Shown: piece by piece, positions 14,439 to 26,456 of the stretch | Position numbering within the stretch: position 1 is the first letter of the stretch | Layout: each line of letters opens with the position of its first letter | Origin: Polyangiales bacterium | Lineage (GTDB): Bacteria > Myxococcota_A > Polyangia > Polyangiales > JADJQN01 | Length of the DNA stretch: 64,000 nt | Assembly: GCA_964202905.1 (NCBI GenBank) | Contig: CAXNJO010000001.1 | Span: 256,001-320,000, forward strand | Direction: 5' to 3' | Notes under the pieces: model-generated | Databases searched by the model: none | What the model was told of the DNA's origin: nothing | Seen by the model: only the letters and a program-made list of their open reading frames with translations | Program-made: the position numbers and the translations under genes

Positions 14439-15755
14439 GTGAGACTCCCGCCCGGCCTCCGCCGCGAAGACGTCGTCGCCGCGCACCGCGCGCACGTCTG
14501 GCCGCCGTACACGTCCGCGGAGGTGCACGCGACGCGTGACCCGCTCGTGATCGTCGCGGCCGAGGGCGCCTGGCTCGAGGACGCCGACGGGCGTCGCCTG
14601 CTCGACGGCAACGCGTCGTGGTGGACGAGCACGCTCGGGCACCGCCACCCGCGCCTCCTCGCGGCGGTGCGCGCGCAGCTCGAGTCGCTCGACCACGTCT
14701 CGATGGGCGACTCCACGAACGTCGCCGCCGCGCTCCTCGCGAAGGAGCTCGTCGCCATCGCGCCGCCGGGCCTCGTGCGCGTGCACTTCTCCGACGACGG
14801 CTCCACGGCCGTCGAGGTCGCGATCAAGCTCGCGCAGCAGTACTGGGCGCAGAACGGCCGCCCCGCGCGCACCCGCTTCGTCTCGCTCGGCGGCGCCTTC
14901 CACGGCGACACGCTCGGCGCGGTCTCGCTCGGCGGCGTCGACGCGTTCCGCAAGGTGTTCGGGCCGCTGCTCTTCGACGTGCTGCGCGCCCCCGATCCGG
15001 GCGACGACGACGCGGGCTGGGAGCGCCTCGTCACGGCCGTCGAGGACGAGCTCGCGCGCGACGCGGACCACATCGCGGCCGTCGTCGTCGAGCCGCTCGT
15101 GCAGGGCGCGGCGGGCATGCGGATCTGGCCCGCCGCGCTCTTGCGCCGCCTGCGCGAGGCGACGACGCGCGCCGACACGCTGCTCGTCTGCGACGAGGTC
15201 TTCACCGGCTATGGCCGCACCGGGCGCATGTGGGCGTGCGCGCACGCGGGCATCACGCCCGACCTGCTCTGCACGGCCAAGGGCTTCACGGCCGGCACGC
15301 TGCCGATGGCCGCGACGCTCGCGACCGACCGCCTCTGGCAGGGCTTCTCGGGCGGCAGCAGCCGCGCGCTCATGCACGGACACACGTTCTGCGGGCACCC
15401 GCTCGGCGCGGCCGTCGCGCGCGAGGTGCTTGCCATCTTCCGTGATGAGGACGTCCTCGGCGGCGTCGCGCGCAAGCAGGCGCTCATCGCGCAGGGCTTC
15501 GCGCGGATCGCGGCGCTGCCCGGCGTGCGCAGGACGCGCGCGCTCGGGATGATCGGCGCCGCGGACCTCGGGGACGGCGGCTACGGCGGACGCGCGGGCT
15601 GGCGCGTCTACGACGAGGCCCTCGCGCGGGGCGCCTACCTGCGACCCCTCGGCGACACCGTGTACGTCACGCCGCCGCTGACGATCCCGGACGCCGACCT
15701 CGCGCGGCTGCTCGACGTGCTGCACGACGCGATCGGCGCGGCGTCGGTTCGCTGA
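14439..15755 (+). CDS. bioA: Adenosylmethionine-8-amino-7-oxononanoate aminotransferase
   Basis: HVWPPYT, DGNASWWTSTLGH, DDGSTAVEVAIK, FHGDTLGA, EPLVQGAAGM, DEVFTGYGRTG, PLP Lys in CTAKGFTAG, HGHTF. Confidence 0.92.
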   Translation: MRLPPGLRREDVVAAHRAHVWPPYTSAEVHATRDPLVIVAAEGAWLEDADGRRLLDGNASWWTSTLGHRHPRLLAAVRAQLESLDHVSMGDSTNVAAALLAKELVAIAPPGLVRVHFSDDGSTAVEVAIKLAQQYWAQNGRPARTRFVSLGGAFHGDTLGAVSLGGVDAFRKVFGPLLFDVLRAPDPGDDDAGWERLVTAVEDELARDADHIAAVVVEPLVQGAAGMRIWPAALLRRLREATTRADTLLVCDEVFTGYGRTGRMWACAHAGITPDLLCTAKGFTAGTLPMAATLATDRLWQGFSGGSSRALMHGHTFCGHPLGAAVAREVLAIFRDEDVLGGVARKQALIAQGFARIAALPGVRRTRALGMIGAADLGDGGYGGRAGWRVYDEALARGAYLRPLGDTVYVTPPLTIPDADLARLLDVLHDAIGAASVR

Positions 15756-15843
15756 GCGACACGGGCCGAGGTCGCGCGAGGAGGTGCCTCGCCGCGCTCC
15801 GCGAGGTCGTGAGGATTCACGCGCGGCGCGCCGCCACGGGCAT

Positions 15844-15857
15844 TGAATGGCCATTCA
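15844..15857. promoter_or_regulatory. Perfect 14-bp palindrome TGAATGGCCATTCA overlapping a likely -35 box
   Basis: Exact inverted repeat. TTGAAT (15843-15848) and TG-c-TAGTTT (15865-15870) flank it, upstream of the Trm112-like gene. Member of the TGAA-N6-TTCA family. Confidence 0.55.
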
Positions 15858-15879
15858 TCGATGCTAGTTTCCGGGTCGC

Positions 15880-16083
15880 ATGGCGCTCGACCCGGACTTC
15901 GTCTCGCTCTTCCGCTGCCCCCGCTGTCACGGCAAGCTCGAGGCGAGCGTCGAGCCCGCAGGCCTCGGCTGCGTGCGTTGCGCGCTGCTCTACGCCGTGC
16001 AGGACGAGCTGCCGAACTTCCTCATCGAAGAGGCGACGCCCCTCCCCTCCCGCGGGCCCGCCGCCGCGGACGGGTCGCGCTGA
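15880..16083 (+). CDS. Trm112-like (YcaR/UPF0434) protein
   Basis: 67 aa; LFRCPRCHGKL...LGCVRCALLYAVQDELPNFLIEEA. Confidence 0.85.
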   Translation: MALDPDFVSLFRCPRCHGKLEASVEPAGLGCVRCALLYAVQDELPNFLIEEATPLPSRGPAAADGSR

Positions 16084-16089
16084 GGCGCG

Positions 16090-16485
16090 ATGACGTCCGC
16101 GCGCTCGCCGTTGGAGGCCCCCGTGAAGTTCCTCCTGGTCGAGGACGACGAAGAGGTCCTCGCGCTCGAGGCCCGCATCCTCGGCTCGGTGGGCACCGTG
16201 GAGGTCGCGCGTGACGGCGCCGAGGCCCTCGCGCGGATCCAGGGCGGCTACGTCCCCGACGTCGTCGTCACGGACGTCATGATGCCCGTGATGGACGGCC
16301 TCGCCCTCGCGCGGCAGCTCAAGCGCGACCCGGCGACCAGCCGGATCCCCGTCGTGATGCTGACGGCGCGCGGCAGCCCGCAGGACGTGACCGCCGGCGT
16401 GAACGCGGGCGCGCGCCACTACCTCACCAAGCCCTTCACCGCCGCGCAGCTGCTTGGCAAGGTCCATCGCGCCCTCGGACGCTGA
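16090..16485 (+). CDS. Single-domain response regulator (receiver)
   Basis: LLVEDD, PDVVVTDVMMPVMDG (phospho-Asp), MLTA, YLTKPF. Confidence 0.92.
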   Translation: MTSARSPLEAPVKFLLVEDDEEVLALEARILGSVGTVEVARDGAEALARIQGGYVPDVVVTDVMMPVMDGLALARQLKRDPATSRIPVVMLTARGSPQDVTAGVNAGARHYLTKPFTAAQLLGKVHRALGR

Positions 16486-18073
16486 GGCGTCCACGGCGTC
16501 CCCCGACGCCGACGTCGACGAGCCCCCTCGGCCCGCACTCCCCCCGCGCGGCGGCTCGGTCGCGCGCCGGCTCGTGCCGTTCGCGCTCGCCGCGCTCGGC
16601 GGCACGCTCGCCTTCCTCGGCTTCGCGGGCTTCGACCTCTGGCCGCTCGCGCTCGTCGCCTTCGTGCCGGGCTATGCGGCCATCGACCTCGCGCGGCCGC
16701 GGGGCACGCGCGAGGTGCTCGGCGTCGGGCTGCTCTTCGGCTTCGTCACGGGTTGGGGCGGCTTCTACTGGCTGCTCGAGGTGCTCGAGGTGTTCAGCGG
16801 CTTCCCCGTCTGGCTCTGCACGCTCTTCGCGAGCCTGCTGATCCTCTACACGGCCGGGTCGTTCGCGCTCGCGTTCTGGCTCTACGCGCGCGCGCGGGAC
16901 CGCGGCTTCGGCGCGACGGGCGCGGCGGTCGCCTCGAGCCTCGCGTGCGAGCTGCTCTATCCGCTGCTCTTCCCGTTCTATTACGGGGCGAGCTTTCACG
17001 CGCTCCCGGTCGCGCTGCAGGTCGCGGACCTCGGCGGGCCGCTGCTGCTCACCGCGCTCGCGATCGCCGTGAACGGCGCCCTCTACGAGCTCGGCGCCGC
17101 GCTGCAGGCACGCACGCGACCGCTGCCCCTGCGCGGCCCGCTCGCCGCGCTCGCGTACGTCGCCTTCGTGCTCGCGTACGGCGCGTGGCGGCTGCGCGCG
17201 GTGGACGCCGAGGTGGCCGCCGCGCCGAAGCTCCAGGTGGGCCTCGTGCAGGCGAACATGGGCCTGCTCGAGAAGCGCGAGGACCCCTTCGAGGGGCAGG
17301 TGCGGCACCTCGATCAGAGCTTCGCGCTCGAGGCCGAGGCGCACCCGGCGCTGATCGTCTGGCCGGAGAGCGCCTTCGCGTCGGTCCTCCCCGAACACAT
17401 CCGCAACGTGCGCGGGTACGTCCTCGGCGACCTCGCGACACCGGTGCTCTTCGGTGGGCTCTCGCAGCGCCGCGTCGACGGCGCCCCGCGCTACTTCAAC
17501 ACGGCCTTCATCACCGACGCGGGCGGCACGATCCGCGGCAGCTACGACAAGACCTACCTGCTCGCGTTCGGCGAATACCTGCCCTTCGGCGAGACCTTCC
17601 CCTTCCTCTACGAGCTCTCGCGCCAGAGCGGCCGCTTCACGCCGGGCCGACACGTGCGCCCGCTGCCGCTCGGCGCGTACGGGATCGCGACCCTCATCTG
17701 CTACGAGGATCTGCTGCCCGGCTTCGTGCGCGCGGCGATGGCCTCCGACCCGCACCTGCTCGTCAACATCACGAACGACGCGTGGTTCGGCGACACGCAC
17801 GAGCCGTGGATCCACTTCGCGCTCGCGAAGCTGCGCGCGGTCGAGCACCACCGCTTCCTCGTGCGCGCGACCAACAGCGGCGTGAGCGGCATCGTCGACC
17901 CGGCGGGCCGCGTCGTCGCGCACACGGGCACGTTCGAGCGCGCGACGCTGCACGCGGAGGTCGCGATGCTGCGCGGCCGCACGCTCTACGCGATCGTCGG
18001 CGACTGGCCCGGCTGGCTCGCCGTCGCCGCGGTGCTGTGGATGGTCACCCGCCGCCGCGCGACGACGGACTGA
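16454..18073 (+). CDS. lnt: Apolipoprotein N-acyltransferase (start uncertain)
   Basis: Multi-TM N-terminus; nitrilase triad motifs VWPESA, YDKTYLLAFGEYLP, ICYEDL; NITNDAWFG; RATNSGVS. Confidence 0.93.
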   Translation: MARSIAPSDAEASTASPDADVDEPPRPALPPRGGSVARRLVPFALAALGGTLAFLGFAGFDLWPLALVAFVPGYAAIDLARPRGTREVLGVGLLFGFVTGWGGFYWLLEVLEVFSGFPVWLCTLFASLLILYTAGSFALAFWLYARARDRGFGATGAAVASSLACELLYPLLFPFYYGASFHALPVALQVADLGGPLLLTALAIAVNGALYELGAALQARTRPLPLRGPLAALAYVAFVLAYGAWRLRAVDAEVAAAPKLQVGLVQANMGLLEKREDPFEGQVRHLDQSFALEAEAHPALIVWPESAFASVLPEHIRNVRGYVLGDLATPVLFGGLSQRRVDGAPRYFNTAFITDAGGTIRGSYDKTYLLAFGEYLPFGETFPFLYELSRQSGRFTPGRHVRPLPLGAYGIATLICYEDLLPGFVRAAMASDPHLLVNITNDAWFGDTHEPWIHFALAKLRAVEHHRFLVRATNSGVSGIVDPAGRVVAHTGTFERATLHAEVAMLRGRTLYAIVGDWPGWLAVAAVLWMVTRRRATTD

Positions 18074-18110
18074 ACCGTCATTCAGCCGCAGCGCGCGCGC
18101 GGCGGAGCCA

Positions 18111-18848
18111 TCACGCCTTCGACGCGGCGCGCCTGCGCACGCGCAGGTTCACGAGCTCGACACCGAGCGCGAAGGCCATCGCGAAATACACGTAACCCTT
18201 CGGGATCTTGGTGCCGATCCCCTCGGCCACGAGCATCACGCCGATGAGCACGAGGAACGCGAGCGCGAGCACCTTCATCGTCGGATGCCGCGTGACGAAG
18301 TCGCCGATCGGCCGCGCACCGAGGAGCATCACCCCGACCGAGGCGAGGATCGCGACGACCATCACCCAGATCTGCTCGGGCGGGATCATGCCCACCGCGG
18401 TGATGACGGAATCGAGCGAGAACACGAGGTCGAGCGCGAGGATCTGCGCGAGGACCACCCCTGCCTGCGCGGACGCGCGCCCGCTCGTGCCGATGGGCGC
18501 CTCGTCGTGCTCGTCGAGCTTCTTGTGCAGCTCGAGCACGGCCTTGGCGATGAGGAACAGACCGCCCCCGAGCAGGATCAGGCTCTTGCCGGTGATCGAG
18601 ACCCCGCCGACGCGCGTGAGCTCTTCGGTCAGCGACATCACCCAGCCGATCACGAAGAGCAACGCGATGCGCATCACGAGCGCGAGCCCGATGCCGAGCC
18701 GCGCGGTGCGCTCGCGCTGCGCCTCGGGCAGCCGACCCGTGAGGATGGTGATGAAGACGATGTTGTCGATGCCGAGGACGAGCTCCATCGCGACGAGCGA
18801 GAGGAGCGCGACCCAGGTCTCAGGATCGGCGAGGCCGGAGAGGGTCAT
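18111..18848 (-). CDS. TerC family membrane protein
   Basis: MELVLGIDNIVFI, GGLFLIAKA, LDLVFSLDSVITAVG, IPKGYVYFAMAF. Confidence 0.92.
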   Translation of the reverse strand: MTLSGLADPETWVALLSLVAMELVLGIDNIVFITILTGRLPEAQRERTARLGIGLALVMRIALLFVIGWVMSLTEELTRVGGVSITGKSLILLGGGLFLIAKAVLELHKKLDEHDEAPIGTSGRASAQAGVVLAQILALDLVFSLDSVITAVGMIPPEQIWVMVVAILASVGVMLLGARPIGDFVTRHPTMKVLALAFLVLIGVMLVAEGIGTKIPKGYVYFAMAFALGVELVNLRVRRRAASKA

Positions 18849-18893
18849 GGGCCGGACTTTGTAGACGCGCGGGGCCCGCGTCGAGCGGGCGCG

Positions 18894-20624
18894 CTACGGG
18901 ATGCGCGCGGGCAACAGGAGCAGGTAGCTGCCGTCGGCGGCGCTCGTCGCGCGGGCGATCTCGAGGGCGCGCGGTGCGGCGTCCGGGCCCTCGACGACGG
19001 CGAAGGCACGGACCTCGGCGCCCTCGACGGGGCGATCGTCGGGGCCGCGGAGCGTGCCGCCGAGGGTCACGGGCGCCTCGAGGACGAGCTCGCGCACGTA
19101 GTTGCCGGAGGTCGCGCCGATCTCCAGGTCGCGCACGATTCCCCATGGAAAACCGCTCCCCGCGGGGGGTTTCACCGCGAGATCGTAGAGGCCGCGGTCG
19201 AGCGGCAGCGTGAACGCGCCGGTCTCGTCGCTCGTCGTCGCGCCGCTGCGGTTGAAGAGCATCGCGAGGTCGGCGCCACCCGCGGTGTAGGACCCGCGCG
19301 CGCTCGCGACCAGGCTCGCGCCCGACACGTGGCGGCCATCGGGCGCGGCGACCGTGCCGCCCCACGTGAAGCGCGGCGGCAGTTCGAACGCCTGCCCCTC
19401 GAGCACCTCGCCCGCGGCATCCGAGAGCGTGACGCGCGTCGCCTGCACGCCGAGGCCGGCCGCGCCCTCCGTCGCGGGCGGGCGCACGACGACGTCGTAC
19501 GTCCCCGAGACGAGCAACGTCTCGAAGCGGCCCGCGTCGTCGGTGAGCACCGGGCTCGAGCGGAAGGTGCCCGTCGCGCCGGTGCGCGCGTCGCGCAGCT
19601 CGGACGCGCGGAACTCGACCGTCGCGCCGCCGACCGCCGCGAGCGCGTCGCCCTCGACGTTGACGGTGCCGCGGTAGCGGACGAAGCGGCGCTCGGGGAC
19701 GAGGACCTGCACGCGGCCGCCCGCGCCCGCGACGAGGTACATCGGATCGACGTCGTACGCGGGCGAAGGCGCCTCGCCGGGGCCCGTCGCGCCCCCGATC
19801 CGAAGCACGTAGCGGTCCGTGCCCGGCGAGAGCCGCAGCAGGAACGCACCCTCGCCCTCAGCCGCCCCGGCGGGCGCGCTCATCGCGAGCGTGGACACCG
19901 GCGCACCGCCGCGCGCCGGATCGACCGCCTGCACCGTGACGCCCGGCTGCGCGAGCAGCGCGGCGTCGAGCAGCACGCCCTCGAACACCGCGAGCTCGGC
20001 CGGATACGTGAACGACGCCACGAGCGTGCCGCGCTCCGGCGCGACGAGCGGCGGCAGGTAGAGCGGCGGCAGCGTCTCGGCGTCGGCGCCGCGCGGCCGC
20101 ACGACGACCTCGTAGCGCACGCCGCCGACGAGCTCGGCGACGTAGTCCGCGTCCGCGACGAAGCCCTCGCGCGCCGAGACGGTGACGGCCGCGCCGCCGC
20201 GACCCGGGATCGCGGAAGCGGCCGCGAAGATCACGTCCGCCTCGACCGGGCGCCCATCCGCGCGGCGCACGGTGCCCGTGACGACGACGGGCTGCGGCAG
20301 GCAGGGCGGCGCGGAGACATCGCACCCGCGCAGATCGAGGGCGCGCGGGCCGTCCACCGTGAAGGGCGCGAGGTCGCTCACCCACGCGCGCGTGCCTGCG
20401 GCGGTCGGCACCGCGATCTCGAGGGCCACGCGCAGCGCGGCGACGCCTGGCGGCGCGACGCACATGCCGCGCGCCGCGTCGCACGCCGCGCCGGGGCACT
20501 CGGCCGCCTCGCTGCAGCGGTTGACGACGAGCGGCGCCGCGTCGATCGCGAAACTGCACGCGGCCGCGCCGATCGCCGACGCGAGCGCAGGCAGCAGCCA
20601 CGGGCGCGGGGCACGGCGGGTCAT
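18894..20624 (-). CDS. Lipoprotein with multiple carboxypeptidase-regulatory-like beta-sandwich domains
   Basis: Signal peptide ending GAAA-C; repeated GTV...G.PV.GA.V and TD..G.F...L..G.Y motifs; ATG overlaps the upstream stop (ATGA). Confidence 0.7.
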   Translation of the reverse strand: MTRRAPRPWLLPALASAIGAAACSFAIDAAPLVVNRCSEAAECPGAACDAARGMCVAPPGVAALRVALEIAVPTAAGTRAWVSDLAPFTVDGPRALDLRGCDVSAPPCLPQPVVVTGTVRRADGRPVEADVIFAAASAIPGRGGAAVTVSAREGFVADADYVAELVGGVRYEVVVRPRGADAETLPPLYLPPLVAPERGTLVASFTYPAELAVFEGVLLDAALLAQPGVTVQAVDPARGGAPVSTLAMSAPAGAAEGEGAFLLRLSPGTDRYVLRIGGATGPGEAPSPAYDVDPMYLVAGAGGRVQVLVPERRFVRYRGTVNVEGDALAAVGGATVEFRASELRDARTGATGTFRSSPVLTDDAGRFETLLVSGTYDVVVRPPATEGAAGLGVQATRVTLSDAAGEVLEGQAFELPPRFTWGGTVAAPDGRHVSGASLVASARGSYTAGGADLAMLFNRSGATTSDETGAFTLPLDRGLYDLAVKPPAGSGFPWGIVRDLEIGATSGNYVRELVLEAPVTLGGTLRGPDDRPVEGAEVRAFAVVEGPDAAPRALEIARATSAADGSYLLLLPARIP

Positions 20625-21127
20625 CGGTTGCAGCTCGTGAGGTCGGTGCCCACGGGCGCCGCCCACCACACGGCGCGCGCGGACTCGTCGAGGTCTTCGG
20701 GCGTGAAACTCCCCACGAAACCGCTCGCGACGACGAGCTCGATCTTGTTGCACTGCCCCTCGACCAGCGCGCTCGCGGGCAGCACGAACTGGAAGGGCCG
20801 CTCGCCCGGACGTGCCGCCGCGGGGTTCGGCGGGATGCGCTCCGAGATCGGGATGTTCGCCGCGTTGCCGACGCGGTTCACGAAGACCTTCGCCTCGAGC
20901 TCGGCGTTCACGTCCGGGTCGCGCACGACCACCTCGAAGACCAGCTCGCCGGCGCCGCCGTCCTCGCCGCCCGCGGGTGCGAGCACGATGATGCGGTCGA
21001 GCGGGAGCGTGGCCGTCGCCGGCGTGACGATCGATGGCGGATAGCCGGGCGCCGCGCGGTAATCCGGCCGCTCGGTGATGAGACAGCCCGCAGGGAGCAC
21101 GGCCGTGGCGCAGGCGAGCAGCAGCAT
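20621..21127 (-). CDS. Hypothetical lipoprotein (start uncertain)
   Basis: Lipobox LPAG-C; translationally coupled to the downstream gene. Confidence 0.6.
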   Translation of the reverse strand: MLLLACATAVLPAGCLITERPDYRAAPGYPPSIVTPATATLPLDRIIVLAPAGGEDGGAGELVFEVVVRDPDVNAELEAKVFVNRVGNAANIPISERIPPNPAAARPGERPFQFVLPASALVEGQCNKIELVVASGFVGSFTPEDLDESARAVWWAAPVGTDLTSCNR

Positions 21128-21270
21128 CCTGCGCGGGCCAAAGCAATCGACGGGCCACGCGCGATCCCGCGCGCAAACGTGGCCGCGCGCGCGGCCGACG
21201 CCGCGATCCGTGACATCGCTGTCAGGCCCCCCGGACGCTGTCGGGACCGAGCGCGCCACGCGGAGACCGC

Positions 21271-23103
<1,833 letters not shown>

Positions 23104-23117
23104 CGGGCGCGAGCATA

Positions 23118-24809
23118 TCAGAGGCCCCCGGAGGGTGCCGTGCGCGGGGGCGCCGCCGCGACCGCGAGTCCCGAGGGGAGCGAACCGTCCGGCGACCACG
23201 CGTACACGCCGACGACCTGATCGAAGCGGTCGTTCGCGTCCGGCAGCCCGTTGCCGAAGGTCGCGCAGCGGAATCCCCACGTGAGGTCGACGCCGAGCGC
23301 GTGTCCGTCCCAGACGCGCACGCGCGCAGTCGCGAGCAGGTAGCCGATCCACTCCGAACCGCGCGCGTCCTCCGACACGGCGCCGCCGATGAAGTGCTGG
23401 CGGAAGGCGACCGAGAGCGTCCCGCGGTCGGCCGCGAACACACGCGCTTCGGCGAGCAGAACGGCATCGAGCCCGAAGTGGTTGTCGCGCTCGGCCTCGG
23501 TGCGCCGGTCCGGTCCGCCCGCGCCGAAGCCGAGCCCGCCGAGCCCCGTGACCGCGAGCGCGAGGCCCGTGGGATGCGCCCACTGGTGCGTCACGCCGAA
23601 GGCGAGCGCGCTCGTCGCGGTGCGGAACACGGGCGGCGCGAGCGCCTCGAAGACGCCGAAGAGACCGTACATGCCGCGCGAAAGACCCGATTCGAAGGAG
23701 CCGCCCACGAGCAGCCCACGCAGCGTGAGCTGGAACCACGGCGTCGCCGCGAGCACGAGCACGAGCGAGAGGTCGAAGTGGTCGAAGGGCCGCCGCAGCG
23801 ACCAGCCGGGCACCGGCAGCCCGTGCGTGACGCGCGCTTGCAGATAGCCGAGCCCCGCCGTGCGCACGTTGCGCACGCCGACCTCCGCGCGCCCCGCGAA
23901 GCTCACGCCCGCCGACAACTCGAGGTGCGCAGGGATGGGCTGCACGTCGCGCGCGCGGAAGCGCTCCCCCGCCGCGAGCCGCACCGCGCCGCCGACCGGA
24001 TCGACGGCCGCGGCCGCGAGCGACCAGCCTGCGCCGGGCCGCGCGCCGCCCGCGTCGAGGAACATCGCCGCGATCCGGTGGAGCGCCTCGCCGAGCAGCA
24101 CCCCGCCCGCCGGCGTCGTGATCGCGTCGTTGATCGCGGGGCGCTCCGTCTCGCCGAAGAGCTCCCAGAGCGTGCTCGCCACGAGCGGGAACGGCGTCGA
24201 GGCCCAGAAGCCGAGCCCCGACGCGCGCGCCGCCGCGAACGAGAGGCTGCCGTGGTACGGGTGCGCGAACTGGTTGGTCGCGTAGTTGCTGCGGTCGAAG
24301 ACCCACGGGCTGCGGAGGTTCGCGCGCCAGGAGTCGTGCGAGATCCGCGCCCAGTCGTCCTCGGTGACGAAGCGCGACCACGACCAGATCGCGACCTGGA
24401 GCGTGAGCGCGAGCCCCACCGCGAGGAGCGGCGCCGCGGCGCGCGGTCGTGTCGGCACCAAGGCGAGATCGGGCGCGGTGTGCAGCGGCTCGACGACGTA
24501 CGGGCGCTCGGGAATCGGCAGCGCGCCGACGACGGCGCGCGCGGAGCGTGCCTGTGGACGCTGGGATTCCACGCGTGGCGCTGCGGGCGCGGGATTCGCC
24601 GATGCCGGTGCGACGAGACCCTCTGCGGTGCGCCCGTCCTGCGCGATCGGTGTCTCAGCGGTTGAATCCGGCCGATCCCCGGATACCGCAACCTCATTGT
24701 CATGTCGGTCGCCGGAGCCGGCCGGCGCGTGCTGCGCCGCCGCCGTCGACGCGAGCAGCGCGATCCCGACGCCGAGCACGCACGGCGCTCCCCGCACGAT
24801 GCGACGCAC
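23118..24809 (-). CDS. DUF3943-like outer-membrane protein
   Basis: GGAGG RBS before GTG 24809; signal peptide; motif W.FD...TNQFAHPYHGSL...ARASG......LWELFGETERPAINDAITT. Confidence 0.75.
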   Translation of the reverse strand: MRRIVRGAPCVLGVGIALLASTAAAQHAPAGSGDRHDNEVAVSGDRPDSTAETPIAQDGRTAEGLVAPASANPAPAAPRVESQRPQARSARAVVGALPIPERPYVVEPLHTAPDLALVPTRPRAAAPLLAVGLALTLQVAIWSWSRFVTEDDWARISHDSWRANLRSPWVFDRSNYATNQFAHPYHGSLSFAAARASGLGFWASTPFPLVASTLWELFGETERPAINDAITTPAGGVLLGEALHRIAAMFLDAGGARPGAGWSLAAAAVDPVGGAVRLAAGERFRARDVQPIPAHLELSAGVSFAGRAEVGVRNVRTAGLGYLQARVTHGLPVPGWSLRRPFDHFDLSLVLVLAATPWFQLTLRGLLVGGSFESGLSRGMYGLFGVFEALAPPVFRTATSALAFGVTHQWAHPTGLALAVTGLGGLGFGAGGPDRRTEAERDNHFGLDAVLLAEARVFAADRGTLSVAFRQHFIGGAVSEDARGSEWIGYLLATARVRVWDGHALGVDLTWGFRCATFGNGLPDANDRFDQVVGVYAWSPDGSLPSGLAVAAAPPRTAPSGGL

Positions 24810-24856
24810 GCCGCCTCCAGCCGACGACGTGCGCCCGCGCGCGCGCATCGCAAGTC

Positions 24857-25813
24857 ATGCCCGCGCGAGACACGCCGCACGTTCACGGGCATCCTCGCCG
24901 CGTGCCGCCTCCGTCCACGGCCCTGCACTCCCCCGCTGCGCGCGTCCTCATCGCGTGTGTCGCGGCCTCCACGCGTGCACTCGTCGCGACGGTCGCGCTC
25001 GCCGCGTGCAGCGCGGATCCACCGCCCACCGCGACCGACGCCGGCACACCGCGCGATGCGGGCCATGACGCCGCGACGGACGCCTGCGCCGCGCTCTTCG
25101 GCGCGCCCAACGCGCAGACCGGGCTCGACGACACGCAGTGCCGCCCCGTCTGCGGCTGCGGCGCTGCGGCCTTCGTCCCGCGCACCTGGGATGCAGCCAG
25201 CCTCGCGGCGCTCCGCGCGAAGGTGCTGCTCGGCCCGCCCGCCGTGCTCACCGACGATCCGTACACACGCCCCGCGCCGCCGCCCCCGCTGCCCGAGACG
25301 GTGTGCGCCGTGCGCTTCGACGCGGTGGACGCGAACGCCTACACGCTCGAGACCTTCGCCTCGCGCGAGGCCGCGACGATGGCGGGCGCGATCTCCACGC
25401 ACGCGGGCGCGTGCGGGCTCTGCTCGTCGCTCGCCGATCTCGCCGTGTACGCGGGCACGCCCGATCTCACCGCGCCTGTGCGCCAGTGCGGGCTCGACCA
25501 CGCGACGGATCCCGCCGGGCTGCGGAGCTGCCTCGCGGCGCTCGGCTTCACGCCGCCGTGCGCCGAGATCTGGGCCTACAACGTCGAACACACGCGCACC
25601 GCGTGCGGCGCCGTGTGCCTGCGCCTGCTGCGCGCGCCCTACCATGCGCCCGACGGCGCGCTGAACGCCTGCCTGCAATGCGACGAGACGGAGAGCGGCG
25701 ACGTCTTCAAGGCCGTCGCGGGCCGCACGCGCCGCAACACCGGGCTCGCCAACGCGCTCTGCCGCCCGTGCAGCGAGGTCGTCCCCTTCGACCACGCATA
25801 TCCCAGCATCTGA
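24857..25813 (+). CDS. Cys-rich lipoprotein (start uncertain)
   Basis: Lipobox-like VALAA-C; THAGACGLCSSLADL; LGFTPPCAEIWAYN...CGAVCL...CLQCDE...FKAVAGRTRRNTG. Confidence 0.65.
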   Translation: MPARDTPHVHGHPRRVPPPSTALHSPAARVLIACVAASTRALVATVALAACSADPPPTATDAGTPRDAGHDAATDACAALFGAPNAQTGLDDTQCRPVCGCGAAAFVPRTWDAASLAALRAKVLLGPPAVLTDDPYTRPAPPPPLPETVCAVRFDAVDANAYTLETFASREAATMAGAISTHAGACGLCSSLADLAVYAGTPDLTAPVRQCGLDHATDPAGLRSCLAALGFTPPCAEIWAYNVEHTRTACGAVCLRLLRAPYHAPDGALNACLQCDETESGDVFKAVAGRTRRNTGLANALCRPCSEVVPFDHAYPSI

Positions 25814-25834
25814 GCGAGCGCATCGATGGGAGGA

Positions 25835-25912
25835 TGGGATTCTGCGAATCCCACGCGTCATCTCCTTCACAAAGAGACATGGCGCGATCCACACGTGGTG
25901 AATCGCGCCATG
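25835..25912. terminator. Two stem-loops between convergent genes
   Basis: TGGGATTC-TGC-GAATCCCA and CATGGCGCGAT...ATCGCGCCATG inverted repeats; no clear U-tract. Confidence 0.45.
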
Positions 25913-25933
25913 ACTCGAATCAACGTCGCGTGA

Positions 25934-26444
25934 TCACATCGCCGCGAGGCCGCTGCACACGGCGAACGCCGGGTCGCAGTTCATCGCACGGCAGCTCACG
26001 CAGCCCGGCGACGAGCGCGCCCGCGAGGCACTGCGTGAGGCAGTTCATCGTCACGCACGTCACGGTGTCACCGAAGCACGCCGTACAGCCCGTCGACAGC
26101 CCGCTCATCATCCCGATGCACTCCGAGGTCGCCGGCTGCATGCCGAAGGTGCGACCGATGCACGTCTGGATGATCATGCCGATGTCGACGCTCATGAGCG
26201 CCGTCGTATCGGCCATGTTCGTGCAGGCGCCGCTGGCCATCATGCCCGCATCCGTGCCCGGATCGCCCGCGTCCACGCCGGGGTCGCCCGCGTCCATGCC
26301 CGGTTCGCCCGCGTCCGTGCCGGGGTCACCGGCGTCCACCGTCATCATGCCGCCATCGGTGGCGGGCGGCGGTGCGTCGTCGTCGCCACAACCCACCAGC
26401 ATCGCCGTCAAGAGAAGCACCGAAATCATCATGCGTGTCGCCAT
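25934..26444 (-). CDS. Small Cys-rich lipoprotein with DAG repeats (apparent frameshift near 26015)
   Basis: Lipobox LVG-C then GDDD; DAGDPG repeats. After CLTQCLAG the shifted frame gives SSPGCVSCRAMNCDPAFAVCSGLAAM*, ending at 25934. Confidence 0.7.
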
Positions 26445-26456
26445 GTCGTGGTTCCT

